Of a DNA stretch of 64,000 bases, positions 39,982-49,840 are shown piece by piece. The translations under genes were made by a program, and so were the position numbers. Position 1 is the first letter of the stretch; each line of letters begins with the position of its first letter. The notes beneath the pieces were generated by a model. That model was not told the origin of the DNA. It saw nothing but the letters and a program-made list of their open reading frames with translations, and ran no database searches. The DNA is taken from positions 1,376,001 through 1,440,000 of the forward strand of contig CAWDSK010000003.1 in the NCBI GenBank assembly GCA_963804995.1. The letters run 5' to 3'. Origin of the DNA: an uncultured Acidobacteriota bacterium. Lineage in GTDB: Bacteria > Acidobacteriota > Terriglobia > UBA7540.

Positions 39982-41172
39982 CTAATGAGCCAGCCTGTAA
40001 ACCTCACTTCCAGAAAGCAGGAAGGTTCCGGTGACGTATTCGTGCGTGCTTTCCCGCGCCACGAGGTGCGGCTCGCCGTCCACCTGCTGACCCCAAAGAA
40101 CCATTCCCTCCGGGCTGAGGCTTTGGCTCAAGCCGGCCCAGGCCTTTTCGACTGCGGGGAGGTACTCTTTGCGATTCAATATTCCATGATTGATACCCCA
40201 AGCCAGTCCGAAGCAGAAGAAGCCGCTCCCGCTGGTCTCGGGATTCGGAAACTGGTCCGGGTCCTCGAGGTTCACGCGCCACAGGCCATCAGCCCCCTGG
40301 CGCTTGACCAACTCCGCGGCCTGACGGCGGAAGATATCGACATAGTGCTGCCGGCTGGGGTGATTCTTCGGCAGATATTCGAGCACCCGCGCGATGCCGG
40401 CAAACGCCCAACCATTCCCGCGCGACCAGAAGATCTTCTTCCCATTGGCGGTCCGCTGGCCGATGAATCGAGGGTCGCGGTAATACAAGCCGGCCTCCTT
40501 ATCGAGCAACTGTGCTGTGACATCATCGAAGAAGGCATTCATGATGTCGATATATTTACTGTCCCCGGTGGCTTTGGCGAGCATGGCGAGCGCCGGAGCA
40601 CCGTAAAGGGAGTCCACATAGACCTCGTCGCTATTCAGGTGGTAATGGTCGGCATACCAGTGCTTCGAGCCCGCCGGCGTGAGTGGGTCCGGCGTAGCCA
40701 GCCACTTGAGGGCAGGATCGATCATCGCGTGGTCCTTCTTCGCAAGGTAAAGCTCGGCCCAAGTCTCCACACAGAACAAGCGGTTGGCGCCATTGGGCTC
40801 AGTGCCCACTTGCCATTCGTGCAGGCGGCCCCACTCCAGCGCCTGGTCGAGAAAGGTTGGGTCATGGGTTGATTTCCATGCGGCCATGACACCCGTGTAC
40901 CACGTACCTCGTTCCCAATTGCGATCGTCCGGGTTCATCACCGGGTGCGCCAACTGCCAGGCGTTTGCCCTTTTGAGGAGATTCAGGACTTCCGGTCTTT
41001 TCGGGAGCGCCGGAGCAGTCGTCGCCTCCTGGGTCCCCGCCATGGTCCCGGCAGCATGAACCACGTACCCGCCTCGCGGTTTGCCAGTCATGAGCAAAGG
41101 ATTATTGGTTTGAATGATTGCTATAGAGAATAACATCACAACGCGTATGAGCCATCGTTTCGCTTCTTCCAT
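39982..41172 (-). CDS. Glycoside hydrolase family 105/88 (unsaturated rhamnogalacturonyl hydrolase-like)
   Basis: VDSLY, FWSRGNGW, QGADGLW, ETSGSGFF. Confidence 0.9.
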   Translation of the reverse strand: MEEAKRWLIRVVMLFSIAIIQTNNPLLMTGKPRGGYVVHAAGTMAGTQEATTAPALPKRPEVLNLLKRANAWQLAHPVMNPDDRNWERGTWYTGVMAAWKSTHDPTFLDQALEWGRLHEWQVGTEPNGANRLFCVETWAELYLAKKDHAMIDPALKWLATPDPLTPAGSKHWYADHYHLNSDEVYVDSLYGAPALAMLAKATGDSKYIDIMNAFFDDVTAQLLDKEAGLYYRDPRFIGQRTANGKKIFWSRGNGWAFAGIARVLEYLPKNHPSRQHYVDIFRRQAAELVKRQGADGLWRVNLEDPDQFPNPETSGSGFFCFGLAWGINHGILNRKEYLPAVEKAWAGLSQSLSPEGMVLWGQQVDGEPHLVARESTHEYVTGTFLLSGSEVYRLAH

Positions 41173-41335
41173 ACCTCGCCTCCTCGTTTAATTTGAGCCC
41201 GCGCAGCATACCACTTCAGGCGAGCAGGAAACAGGAGGATATCGCTTGGCGGGGGGCAACGTCTGCGAGTTGGTCCGGAATGCTGATTACGCGGCAGGTC
41301 TCTAGCAGGCTGTCGAAAAACCCTTACGGTGCGAC

Positions 41336-41409
41336 GTAGCGGCGGGTCTATCCCGCCATTTTATGCCACGCGATCGCGGGCAGGATGGCGGGGTAAACCC
41401 GCCGCTACC
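41336..41409. repeat. REP pair (GTAG...CTAC)
   Basis: gtagcggcgggtctatcccgcc ... ggcggggtaaacccgccgctac; same family as 58571-58714. Confidence 0.75.
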
Positions 41410-41463
41410 TCATTTTTCATCAGCCTGCTAGGGAGGGTTGGTCGGGGTCAAGGGGGGAAATCC

Positions 41464-42345
41464 TCAAGCCTGGTAGCCTTTTTTCCGCAGGCTGGGGGCT
41501 AGTAATCTGCGCGCATTCCCGCCCAGGATGAGTTCCTTGGCGGAGTCCGGGATGTTGGCGCCCAGAACCTTGGCAAGTTGCGAACCGAAGCTTCGGCCTC
41601 CGCAATCGCTGCCATAAATGACTCGTTCCGCACCCAATTCGCGCACCGCCATTTCTGTGACTCCCACCATCGAATCGCCACCCGCGATTCCGGCATACAC
41701 GTTTTCCGTTTCGCGAATAATGCGCACCGTCGGCTCGATCGTGTGGGCGCATATGATCTGAAGCCGAGGGTGCCGCTTGGCGAGTTCCACCACGTCGTAG
41801 GGCGTGGAATTGCCAGGGGCATTACCGAGGGTATTAAGCCCGGCGTGTTGCAGAATGGGCACATTCAAAGCGACGGCCCGCTCCGCGATGGGATCCATTT
41901 CCGGAACGTTGCAACGCAGGTCCGCCTCGATCTCTCCCACCATAACCATGGGGCCGTCCCGCACACATCGGTCAAACTCCTGCAAACTGAATTCGAGATG
42001 GGCGGGGCTCAAGTACACCGACCCATAGGCGCGGTCGGGAAAGGCTCGCACCGCCCGCATCACCCGATTGTTTTCCTCGCGGAGTTGGTCCGGGGTGGGG
42101 TGTTCGTCGGCAGAGTAGCCCTGGGAAAGGATAAGGCGCTCAACGCCCAAACAATCCATGCATTTCACCAGGAAGGCCATGCGCTCTTCGGGGGTATCGC
42201 CGGGCACTTCGTGAAGATGGCTGTGGAGATCCCAAACGCGAAAGTGCTGAGCCGAGTCCGAGGCAACCGCCTGAGTGGGCATCGCACCGACGAGCCCCAA
42301 GGGCAATCCTGCGCAACAACTTTTTAGAAGGGTTCGGCGGTTCAA
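41464..42345 (-). CDS. Amidohydrolase family 2 protein with Tat signal
   Basis: NRRTLL; DLHSH, ILQH, ICAH, RVIYGSD; TTG start. Confidence 0.85.
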   Translation of the reverse strand: MNRRTLLKSCCAGLPLGLVGAMPTQAVASDSAQHFRVWDLHSHLHEVPGDTPEERMAFLVKCMDCLGVERLILSQGYSADEHPTPDQLREENNRVMRAVRAFPDRAYGSVYLSPAHLEFSLQEFDRCVRDGPMVMVGEIEADLRCNVPEMDPIAERAVALNVPILQHAGLNTLGNAPGNSTPYDVVELAKRHPRLQIICAHTIEPTVRIIRETENVYAGIAGGDSMVGVTEMAVRELGAERVIYGSDCGGRSFGSQLAKVLGANIPDSAKELILGGNARRLLAPSLRKKGYQA

Positions 42346-42389
42346 CGGAGAGAGACCTCTTGGCTAGCACCTAAGGTTGGCGTCGACGG

Positions 42390-43292
42390 TCAAACTTTGT
42401 ATCCCTTCCTTTGCAGCATGGGCGTAAGCAGGCGGCGCAGGTTGCCTCCCAGGATGAGCTCCTTGTGGGCATCAGGGATGTTTGCGCCCAGAACCTTAGC
42501 CATTTGGGACGCGTAGCTCCGGCCACCCTCGTCAGTGCCGTAAATGACTCTTTCCGGACCGAGCTCGCGCACGGCCATTTCCACGAAGCCGGAGGTGGGA
42601 TCCGATCCCGCGATCCCACAGTACACGTTCTTGGTGGAACGGATGGCGCGAATTCCCAGCTCCCAATTGCCTCCCGTGTGCGCGCAGACGATCTGAAGTT
42701 TGGGGTGCCGCTTGGCAAGTTCGACCACGTCCATGGGTGTGGATTCATTAGGCTCATTACCCTGCGTCTTCAGCCACTCGTGTTGCAGGATTACCACATC
42801 CATGGCGACCGCCCGCTCGGCAATGGGATCCATATCCGGGATGTTGCAGCGGGCGTCCGCTTCAATCTCACCGATCATAATCATCGGTCCGTCGCGTACG
42901 CAGCGATCAAATTCCTGCAAACTGAACTCCAGCTTCTCAGGAGTCAAATAGACGGAGCCATAGGCGCGGTCAGGAAAGGCTTTTACCGCGCGCATCACCC
43001 GATCGTTCTCTTCACGAAAATTTTCCTCGGTAGGGTGCTCCATGGAAGAGTAGCCCTGCGAAAGGATGAGCCGCTCGACGCCCACTCGGTCCATGCACTT
43101 CACCAGGAACGCCATGCGCTCTTCGGGGGTGTCGCCGGGGACTTGACCCATATGGCTGTGCTGGCTCCAGATGCGAAAACGCTTACCGGGCGCCGCAGGG
43201 TCCATGTCCCAGGGTTCGGCGTGAGCCAGAGCCAACGATGCCCCCGCCGCAATACCTTTGAGCAATGACCGCCTGGTGAGCGTCATGGTCAT
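42390..43292 (-). CDS. Amidohydrolase family 2 protein with Tat signal (tandem paralogue)
   Basis: TRRSLL; QHSH, CAHTGG, RVIYGTD; long near-identical blocks with the neighbour. Confidence 0.88.
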   Translation of the reverse strand: MTMTLTRRSLLKGIAAGASLALAHAEPWDMDPAAPGKRFRIWSQHSHMGQVPGDTPEERMAFLVKCMDRVGVERLILSQGYSSMEHPTEENFREENDRVMRAVKAFPDRAYGSVYLTPEKLEFSLQEFDRCVRDGPMIMIGEIEADARCNIPDMDPIAERAVAMDVVILQHEWLKTQGNEPNESTPMDVVELAKRHPKLQIVCAHTGGNWELGIRAIRSTKNVYCGIAGSDPTSGFVEMAVRELGPERVIYGTDEGGRSYASQMAKVLGANIPDAHKELILGGNLRRLLTPMLQRKGYKV

Positions 43293-43298
43293 CTCCTC

Positions 43299-45734
43299 CT
43301 AATGGCCTATGTTGTGACAAGTATCGCACGTAACCGGCGCCTTGTGCAGTTTATGGCAATCCACACAGGCGACCATTGAAACATCCTTCTCCTGCCACAG
43401 ATGGTCCCGGTCCTTCACCGGGCTATGGCACACCGCGCATTCCACCTTGGCGCTCAGGTGTTTCTGGTGACTAAAGAAAACAAAATTGGGAAGTTTATAC
43501 AATCGATTCCAGGAAAGCGGCTGGTGGTCATTCTCAAGTTGAGCGAGTTTCTGGATCTCGGGGCTGTCGGTTTTGACACTTTGATGACAGGCCATGCATT
43601 CAGCGACGCCTGGAATTTGCAGCTTTTCGCCAGCCCCCACTGCCTGGTGACACCCCTCACATTCCATTCCTCCCTGCACATGCAGTTGGTGGTTAAACGG
43701 AATTGGCTGCAACAACGGGTGGCTGGGTTCTTTTAAATCCTCCGGCTCTCGCCCCGGCCCTGGTGAAATCGTCCGGGGCTGTTTTGCCAAGCTTGCCGGG
43801 CTGGTCACTCCCTTGGGGAACAGCGTGTAGGCGGCCAGAACCGTCGGGGCCGTGGTGTCGGTATTGAAATACCCTCCCGGCCCGACGGCAATCACGACGA
43901 ATTGCCTTTTCGTTTTTGCCCCCAAATAAGTCATGGGAGTGGCGTGCCCGTTGGATTCGAGCTGGGTGACCCAGACCTCGTCTCCTGTCTTGGCATCGAA
44001 CGCCCGGAAGCGGTGGTCATTCGTTCCGGCTATGAACACCAGCCCACCTGCCGTGGCAATAGACCCTCCGAGGCTGTAGATACCGGTTTTGGGAATCCCC
44101 TTCGCGACCAGTTCATCCACAACCCCCAGCGGAACCTTCCAGGCCAGCTTGCCGGTTTTCAAATCGACGGCGTTCAGGTCTCCCCAGGGCGGCTGCTGAC
44201 AGGGGTAATGATGGTCATCCCATAAGCGCGCATAACCTCCCCACTTGCTGGTGCGGACGTAAGGCTCTTCAGACTCCGGCCGCCCCGGGCTCATCTGCCC
44301 GACGGCGCCGACTTCGCTCACATTGACGAAGAGATAGTCCAGCGCGGGATTGAACGAAACGCCTGACCAATTGCCGCCGCCGAGCGAACCTGGAATAACC
44401 AGGGTAAGTTCCTCCAAGCCCCAGGGCTTAAAGATCTGGGCAGGCAGGGCGGACCCAAAGTTATCGAGGCAGTACTGGCGCGATTCCGGAGTGACCGTGG
44501 TGATGTCATCCAACGTTACCGACGTCTTGGCAAGCTGCAAGGATTGAATGGGGAAGGGTTGCGTGGGCCAAGTCGCCTCGCCGGGCACCACACTTTGCTT
44601 CACCGGGCGCTCTTCAATGGGATAGAGCGGCTTGCCGGTCAGGCGGTCGAACAGGTACAGGAATCCCATCTTGGTTGTTTCCGCCACAGCCGGAATGTCC
44701 TTTCCATCGCGGCGGACGGTTACCAAGCTAGGCGCGCCTGAAACGTCGTAATCCCAAATGTCATGATGCACCATCTGGAAATACCAGATTAGTTTCCCGG
44801 TCGCGGCGTCAAGCGCCACCAGGGAATTGCCGAAGAGGCCTTGGCCCTTGCGGTCGGCGCCATAAAAGTCATACGAAGGTGACCCGAGGGGAACGAAAAC
44901 CATTCCGTGCTCTGTATCCACCGACATGATGGACCAAGCGTTGGTTCCCGAGCGATCGACCCAGGAGTCGCCTTCCCAGGTTTCGTGCCCCAATTCCCCC
45001 GGCCTCGGCACGGTGTGGAATGTCCAGACCAGCTTGCCTGTCCGCACATCGAAAGCGCGAATATCTCCGGCCGGCCCTTTGGAGGGAATCTCCTGGAGAC
45101 CGGTTCCGACCATCACCAGGTCTTTGTAGATGACGGGAGGCGAAGTGGGTTCGTACCTTCCGTTAGGAAACTTGTCCGCAACGCCCACGCGAAGATTAAT
45201 GGCGCCGTCGTCTCCGAAGCCCTTGCAAGGCTGGCCGGTTTGAGGGTTCAACGCAAAGAGGTGCCCATCCATAGTGAAATAAAGGAGGCGCTTGTCGGTC
45301 TGGTGTTCCTTGCCGCCGCAGGTTACGGGCGAGGTTCCCTCCCAGTAGGCCATGCCACGATTGGGCGCCGGACGGCGCGTCTCTCCCTTGCCGTAAAAGG
45401 GATCGAAAACCCAGATTTCCTTTCCCGTGTCTCCATCCACCGCGATGGCGCGGCTCTGAGGCGTGGTGAAATAAAGCACGCCATTAACCATCAAGGGGGT
45501 GCTTTCGAAGGCGTCGATTCCACTGTTGGCAGTGCGCTTCAGTTCGTAGGTCCAGGCCCTTTGCAATTGCCGGACATTCGACCGGTTAATCTGCGTGAGC
45601 GGCGAGAATCTTGCGTCGCCCGCGTCATGGCCGTAGTAACGCCACTCCGTACCGGCCGATCCCGTCGAAGCTTGCCCGAAGGCAATGCCGCAGGTTGGAA
45701 CCAAACAAAGCAGAAGGTATAGGAGTCGCCTCAT
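43299..45734 (-). CDS. PQQ-dependent glucose/quinate dehydrogenase-like protein fused to C-terminal pentaheme cytochrome c
   Basis: WRYYG..RFSPLTQIN, FESTPL, HHDIWDYD, PCQQPPWG, ATPMTY; five CXXCH (CEGCH, CMACH, CAVCH, CVDCH, CDTCH). Confidence 0.9.
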   Translation of the reverse strand: MRRLLYLLLCLVPTCGIAFGQASTGSAGTEWRYYGHDAGDARFSPLTQINRSNVRQLQRAWTYELKRTANSGIDAFESTPLMVNGVLYFTTPQSRAIAVDGDTGKEIWVFDPFYGKGETRRPAPNRGMAYWEGTSPVTCGGKEHQTDKRLLYFTMDGHLFALNPQTGQPCKGFGDDGAINLRVGVADKFPNGRYEPTSPPVIYKDLVMVGTGLQEIPSKGPAGDIRAFDVRTGKLVWTFHTVPRPGELGHETWEGDSWVDRSGTNAWSIMSVDTEHGMVFVPLGSPSYDFYGADRKGQGLFGNSLVALDAATGKLIWYFQMVHHDIWDYDVSGAPSLVTVRRDGKDIPAVAETTKMGFLYLFDRLTGKPLYPIEERPVKQSVVPGEATWPTQPFPIQSLQLAKTSVTLDDITTVTPESRQYCLDNFGSALPAQIFKPWGLEELTLVIPGSLGGGNWSGVSFNPALDYLFVNVSEVGAVGQMSPGRPESEEPYVRTSKWGGYARLWDDHHYPCQQPPWGDLNAVDLKTGKLAWKVPLGVVDELVAKGIPKTGIYSLGGSIATAGGLVFIAGTNDHRFRAFDAKTGDEVWVTQLESNGHATPMTYLGAKTKRQFVVIAVGPGGYFNTDTTAPTVLAAYTLFPKGVTSPASLAKQPRTISPGPGREPEDLKEPSHPLLQPIPFNHQLHVQGGMECEGCHQAVGAGEKLQIPGVAECMACHQSVKTDSPEIQKLAQLENDHQPLSWNRLYKLPNFVFFSHQKHLSAKVECAVCHSPVKDRDHLWQEKDVSMVACVDCHKLHKAPVTCDTCHNIGH

Positions 45735-45932
45735 GGACGTGTGCCTCTTCAGACTGGCGTGGATCGCCACGTGATTAGTTGTTGCAAAGCGGAAGATGGT
45801 GTTCCCTGAATGCTCGTGTGTTGTTAGCCTGACCCTGCCGCGAGCTGCTCATTAAAACACTTTCGCTACGGCACGGCAACTGGAACTAAGCACGAAATCT
45901 GATCTGATCGCTGGGTGGTAAACCAATGCAGG

Positions 45933-48290
45933 CTAGTTTTCGCGGTTGATAGTGACCTTCTTCCACGACCCGCCCAGTTCGATCGCTTCCCTGCTTGCAT
46001 CCCATTTCCAGTTATCTGTTCCAGAGACCGTTACTTTGGGCGTCGTACCGGCTGGGGTTGGCGGTAGGCGGAAAAATACTCTCAATTCTGGGTGTGGCGA
46101 CTCAAGTTCAACCTGCGCCCTGAGCCCGTTCGCAAGTGGCGTCACCTCAAAGCTCACCGCTCCCCAGCGTGTGGGAATGCGGTCAGCGGAAAACCCGTCC
46201 TCAAACCATTTCCTTGGCGCCGCCCGTGCCAGCCACAACTCCTGCTTGTCCCATGGCTCCCACACCAACATCCACCGCAGTAGCTGCGGCACCACCAATT
46301 GCGCCGGCACGCAGTAGTCGCTCGAATAATCCCGCTTGCCATCACCTTTTATCGCCACTGACTCGTAGGCCGTAAAGGTTCCCGGTGTCTGGTGAAATGC
46401 CAGGTGGCCGTAAAATCCCAGGAGGTAATGCGATGTCTGATCGCCCTCGATCAGCCCCCACGCGTAATGGGCGTACGGCCAGTCATCCAGAACATCTTCG
46501 AAGCGAGTCGTTCCTGCCAGCTCTCCGCCGTGGGTCGTCCGGTACTGGATGATCGCATCCCGCATGTCGGGCGTCAGCATGCCTGCGGACAGCATCTCCG
46601 GCCAGTACCGGTAATTCGTATAGGAGGCGATCTCGTCGTTGGTCATGCGGCCGAATGGCTCTGCCAAACCAGCAATCGGCGGAAGAAAAGGCGGGACCGT
46701 TTCTTTCCTCAACGCCCGTCGCAAAGCCGTTTGGACGTCCCCCTGAAAAGTCTCTGCATCTTCGAGCAGGCTCTTCCCAAGCTGCGTGACAGCAGCATCC
46801 CCTGCCCGGCGTCCCTCATCACTCAGCAGGTTTGCCAGTTCCTCCAGCCCGCGCCAGCACCAAACGTCGCTCGAGAAATAAAACTTCGTGTCGTGGCGAG
46901 TATCGGCCTCCGCCGATCCGAAAAGCAGGCCGTAATAGGGTGACCCAGGCGGAAAGCGTTTGCGGCTGGCATCCATCTGCGCCCGTAGCGAATCGGCAAT
47001 CCGTTCGAGTGCCGGCAGGTGTTCTCGCAGCCAACCCGTATCATCGGTCACCCGGACGTACTGGACCGCCAGCGCCAGCATCTGCCCATATTCAGAAATC
47101 GCCGGCCCGTAGTAATCAAAGGTTCCGTCTGGCTTCACATAGTGGGAAAGATAATATCCGAGGCGTGCCTTGACTTCCTCCTTAAATCCCCAATCCAACA
47201 GGCACCGATTCAGAAGAATCGTGGTGGGAGGGAAGGTATCGTGCTGATCGGCCCAGTACGTACCCGCTCCGTACTTGGGATGAAGCCCGACCTCCGAAAT
47301 CAATGCCCGCACGATCGCCGCCTTGCTCGTATCGTTCACCCGAGCCTCAGGAACCTCTAACCGAATTCCCTCCGCAAAGAACCTTTCCCACTCCTGGTGC
47401 ACGCGCAGGAGTGCTTGGTAAAACCCAGTTCCATTCTCAGTTGGCGGGAGCCCCGGCAGCCGCCAATAAGTTCGCTTTCCGCCTGCGGAGCGCAAACGGA
47501 CGTAAGTTGCCAGTTCGGCCTGGCCGGTCGAAAAAGCAATCTCCTCCCAACCTGCGTGCGCGGCGGCATCGAAGAAACCATAATCAATGACCGGCAGGTA
47601 CCGCCCGATCAGGCCTTGCTTAGTGACTGCTGACGCGAGACTCGGATTTCCGAGAACGCTGGCTGGGTCAAACAGCACCTTCTCCAACTGACGCTCCCGC
47701 ACGCCAAACCCCAGACGCCCATCCGGCCACACGATGACCTTCTGGCGCGAGGTCGTTGTCCCCAGAAACGTATAGGCCTCGATTGGCGGAAGGAGGCCGG
47801 CAGCGGCTTCGTAGGAAGGGTCTTGTCCCTTGGCGAGAATCTCCTGGCCCAGCACATCCTCTTGGGCGCTGAGGATCCGATCGAAATACTGTGGCGGGAA
47901 AGTATTCGCGGGGCGCAAGCTATTCAGTTCGCCGACGGCCTTGCGTAATGTGGCGACCAGCCCTGCCATCCCTACGTAGCCCAGGACGCCCCAGCGGTGA
48001 AAATCCCTCTCCAACACCGCTAGCGGTGCTGCTTGGGGAATAATGCCCACCAGCTCCCAACCGCGGTATCGGTCCCCCACGCGCAGTGCACGCGAGGATT
48101 CACCCGGCCATTTCAGCACTATTTGGTGCGCCTGCAATTCCACCAGGCGAGGCCAGACAAGAGTACGGTTTTCCGCCGCCTCTTCAGCCGGGTAGAATTC
48201 ATCTGCTCCCGGCTTGGCGAACCCTGATAGCTGGCCGACCACCATGAGGGCCGCAGCAAAAACAATAAAGTGGGGTTTGAGGCGGTTCAT
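45933..48290 (-). CDS. Secreted protein, probable (alpha/alpha)6 glycosidase-like
   Basis: Signal peptide; EYGQMLAL...TDDTGWL, LWLARAAPRKW...PTRWGAVS C-terminus typical of six-hairpin glycosidases. Confidence 0.55.
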   Translation of the reverse strand: MNRLKPHFIVFAAALMVVGQLSGFAKPGADEFYPAEEAAENRTLVWPRLVELQAHQIVLKWPGESSRALRVGDRYRGWELVGIIPQAAPLAVLERDFHRWGVLGYVGMAGLVATLRKAVGELNSLRPANTFPPQYFDRILSAQEDVLGQEILAKGQDPSYEAAAGLLPPIEAYTFLGTTTSRQKVIVWPDGRLGFGVRERQLEKVLFDPASVLGNPSLASAVTKQGLIGRYLPVIDYGFFDAAAHAGWEEIAFSTGQAELATYVRLRSAGGKRTYWRLPGLPPTENGTGFYQALLRVHQEWERFFAEGIRLEVPEARVNDTSKAAIVRALISEVGLHPKYGAGTYWADQHDTFPPTTILLNRCLLDWGFKEEVKARLGYYLSHYVKPDGTFDYYGPAISEYGQMLALAVQYVRVTDDTGWLREHLPALERIADSLRAQMDASRKRFPPGSPYYGLLFGSAEADTRHDTKFYFSSDVWCWRGLEELANLLSDEGRRAGDAAVTQLGKSLLEDAETFQGDVQTALRRALRKETVPPFLPPIAGLAEPFGRMTNDEIASYTNYRYWPEMLSAGMLTPDMRDAIIQYRTTHGGELAGTTRFEDVLDDWPYAHYAWGLIEGDQTSHYLLGFYGHLAFHQTPGTFTAYESVAIKGDGKRDYSSDYCVPAQLVVPQLLRWMLVWEPWDKQELWLARAAPRKWFEDGFSADRIPTRWGAVSFEVTPLANGLRAQVELESPHPELRVFFRLPPTPAGTTPKVTVSGTDNWKWDASREAIELGGSWKKVTINREN

Positions 48291-48437
48291 TCGTGAAGCT
48301 CGGGACAGTCTTTCAGCGATCCTTAACTTGTGGTTTCTTGCCAGTGGATTTAGTGTGGCGCGCCGTGACCCTTCCTCAGCATTCTGCTCGAATAATTGCG
48401 CCGTGGCCGGGCTGGAACAACTTCCCAGAATTATCTA

Positions 48438-49598
48438 TCAGACTTTAATGAAGATTCGCTTCTTATACATCACAGCCAGTATTGCCAGCCACAGTAATAC
48501 GTAGGTAAAGGCGAACAACTCCGAGCCATGCAAGGGACCGGCCCAGGAAGCAAAGACTCTGGAATAAATCAGCGTATACAAAGAGACCTCGCCGCCCGCC
48601 TGGCTCAGCTTTATATCTTCCAGAGTGTTGTGAAGAAGGATTGTCCCCATCCAGACCGTGAGGGAATTAACCCCGAAGATGACGAACGGTTTCGTCCACC
48701 AGGTGACCTTTTTAACGTCCACCAGATAATAGCAGCCGGCGAAGATCACCATCGCCATACCACACATGAAGACCACCAGAGAGCTCGTCCAGAGGTGTTG
48801 ATTAATTGGGAACCAAACGCTCCACAGAATTCCGAGAAACATCCCCACATTCCCGAGCAAGAAGAAATCCGCGATTTTCTCGAGGGCCGCGCGAGATGAC
48901 CTGAGGTACTGTCCCACCAGCACCCCAATCAGGCAGTTGGCAATAGCGGGCAGCGTGCTCAACAGGCCTTTCGATTCAAAGTTTGCGCTTTGCATATGGC
49001 CCGCCATAAGATGAAGGTCGATATACTGTACCCAGTTACCGTTTTCCTCCAGGATGCCGGCGCCGTGGCCGGGAACCGGCACGAATTTCATCCAGATAAA
49101 ATAGAATACGAGGAGCGATGCGGTAATAAGAGCTTGTCCACGCTCCTTCACGTTCAGATAAATCACGGAGGTAAAGAGGTAGCACAGGGCGATTCTTTGC
49201 AAGATTCCCATAATGCGCAGGGTGGAAAGATGGAACCAGGGAAAGCCGTTCAGGAAGAGACCCAGGGCGAACAGGATGACCGCACGGGATAGGATATGAA
49301 TGTAGAGCTTTCTCTTGTTTTCCCCACGTTCAAGCCGGCCGGCAAACGCGTAGGGAATGGCCACTCCCACAATGAAAAGGAAAAAAGGGAAAACCAGATC
49401 GGTAGGGGTCCACCCGTGCCACCCGGCATGTAGGAATGGTGGATACCCAAGGTTCGGATCTCCATGATCGTTGACGAAAGTCATCAACACCAGAGTAATG
49501 CCGCGAAAAACGTCCAGGGAAAGCAACCGCTCCTTGACACGCGCCGGAGGAGGGGGTGATACCACAGGAATGGCAACTGGCTCCGTTACGGTGCTCAT
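48438..49598 (-). CDS. Heparan-alpha-glucosaminide N-acetyltransferase-like membrane protein (NagX/DUF5009-like)
   Basis: RLLSLDVFRG, HAGWHGWTPTDLVFPFFLFIVG, GILQRIA, PIN..LWTSS. Confidence 0.9.
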   Translation of the reverse strand: MSTVTEPVAIPVVSPPPPARVKERLLSLDVFRGITLVLMTFVNDHGDPNLGYPPFLHAGWHGWTPTDLVFPFFLFIVGVAIPYAFAGRLERGENKRKLYIHILSRAVILFALGLFLNGFPWFHLSTLRIMGILQRIALCYLFTSVIYLNVKERGQALITASLLVFYFIWMKFVPVPGHGAGILEENGNWVQYIDLHLMAGHMQSANFESKGLLSTLPAIANCLIGVLVGQYLRSSRAALEKIADFFLLGNVGMFLGILWSVWFPINQHLWTSSLVVFMCGMAMVIFAGCYYLVDVKKVTWWTKPFVIFGVNSLTVWMGTILLHNTLEDIKLSQAGGEVSLYTLIYSRVFASWAGPLHGSELFAFTYVLLWLAILAVMYKKRIFIKV

Positions 49599-49840
49599 AG
49601 CCGTCTCCGAATTGAAGGGATTCAGGGCCTCAAACCGCTTTTCCGAACCTTGCCGCGAAGCAATCCGTCGCCCCTGGTTCGGGCAAGCGCCGCCATCATA
49701 CATTATTCGCTTGGGCAAGGGAATCGGATGCGTGTATGGTTAGCGCGTGATCAGGCGGTTGGCCGTGAGGTTAGGGTCAGACCACTTGCATTTCTAGTTG
49801 AATGAGGATCCTGCCGAAATTCTAAATGGAGGTTGGATTA

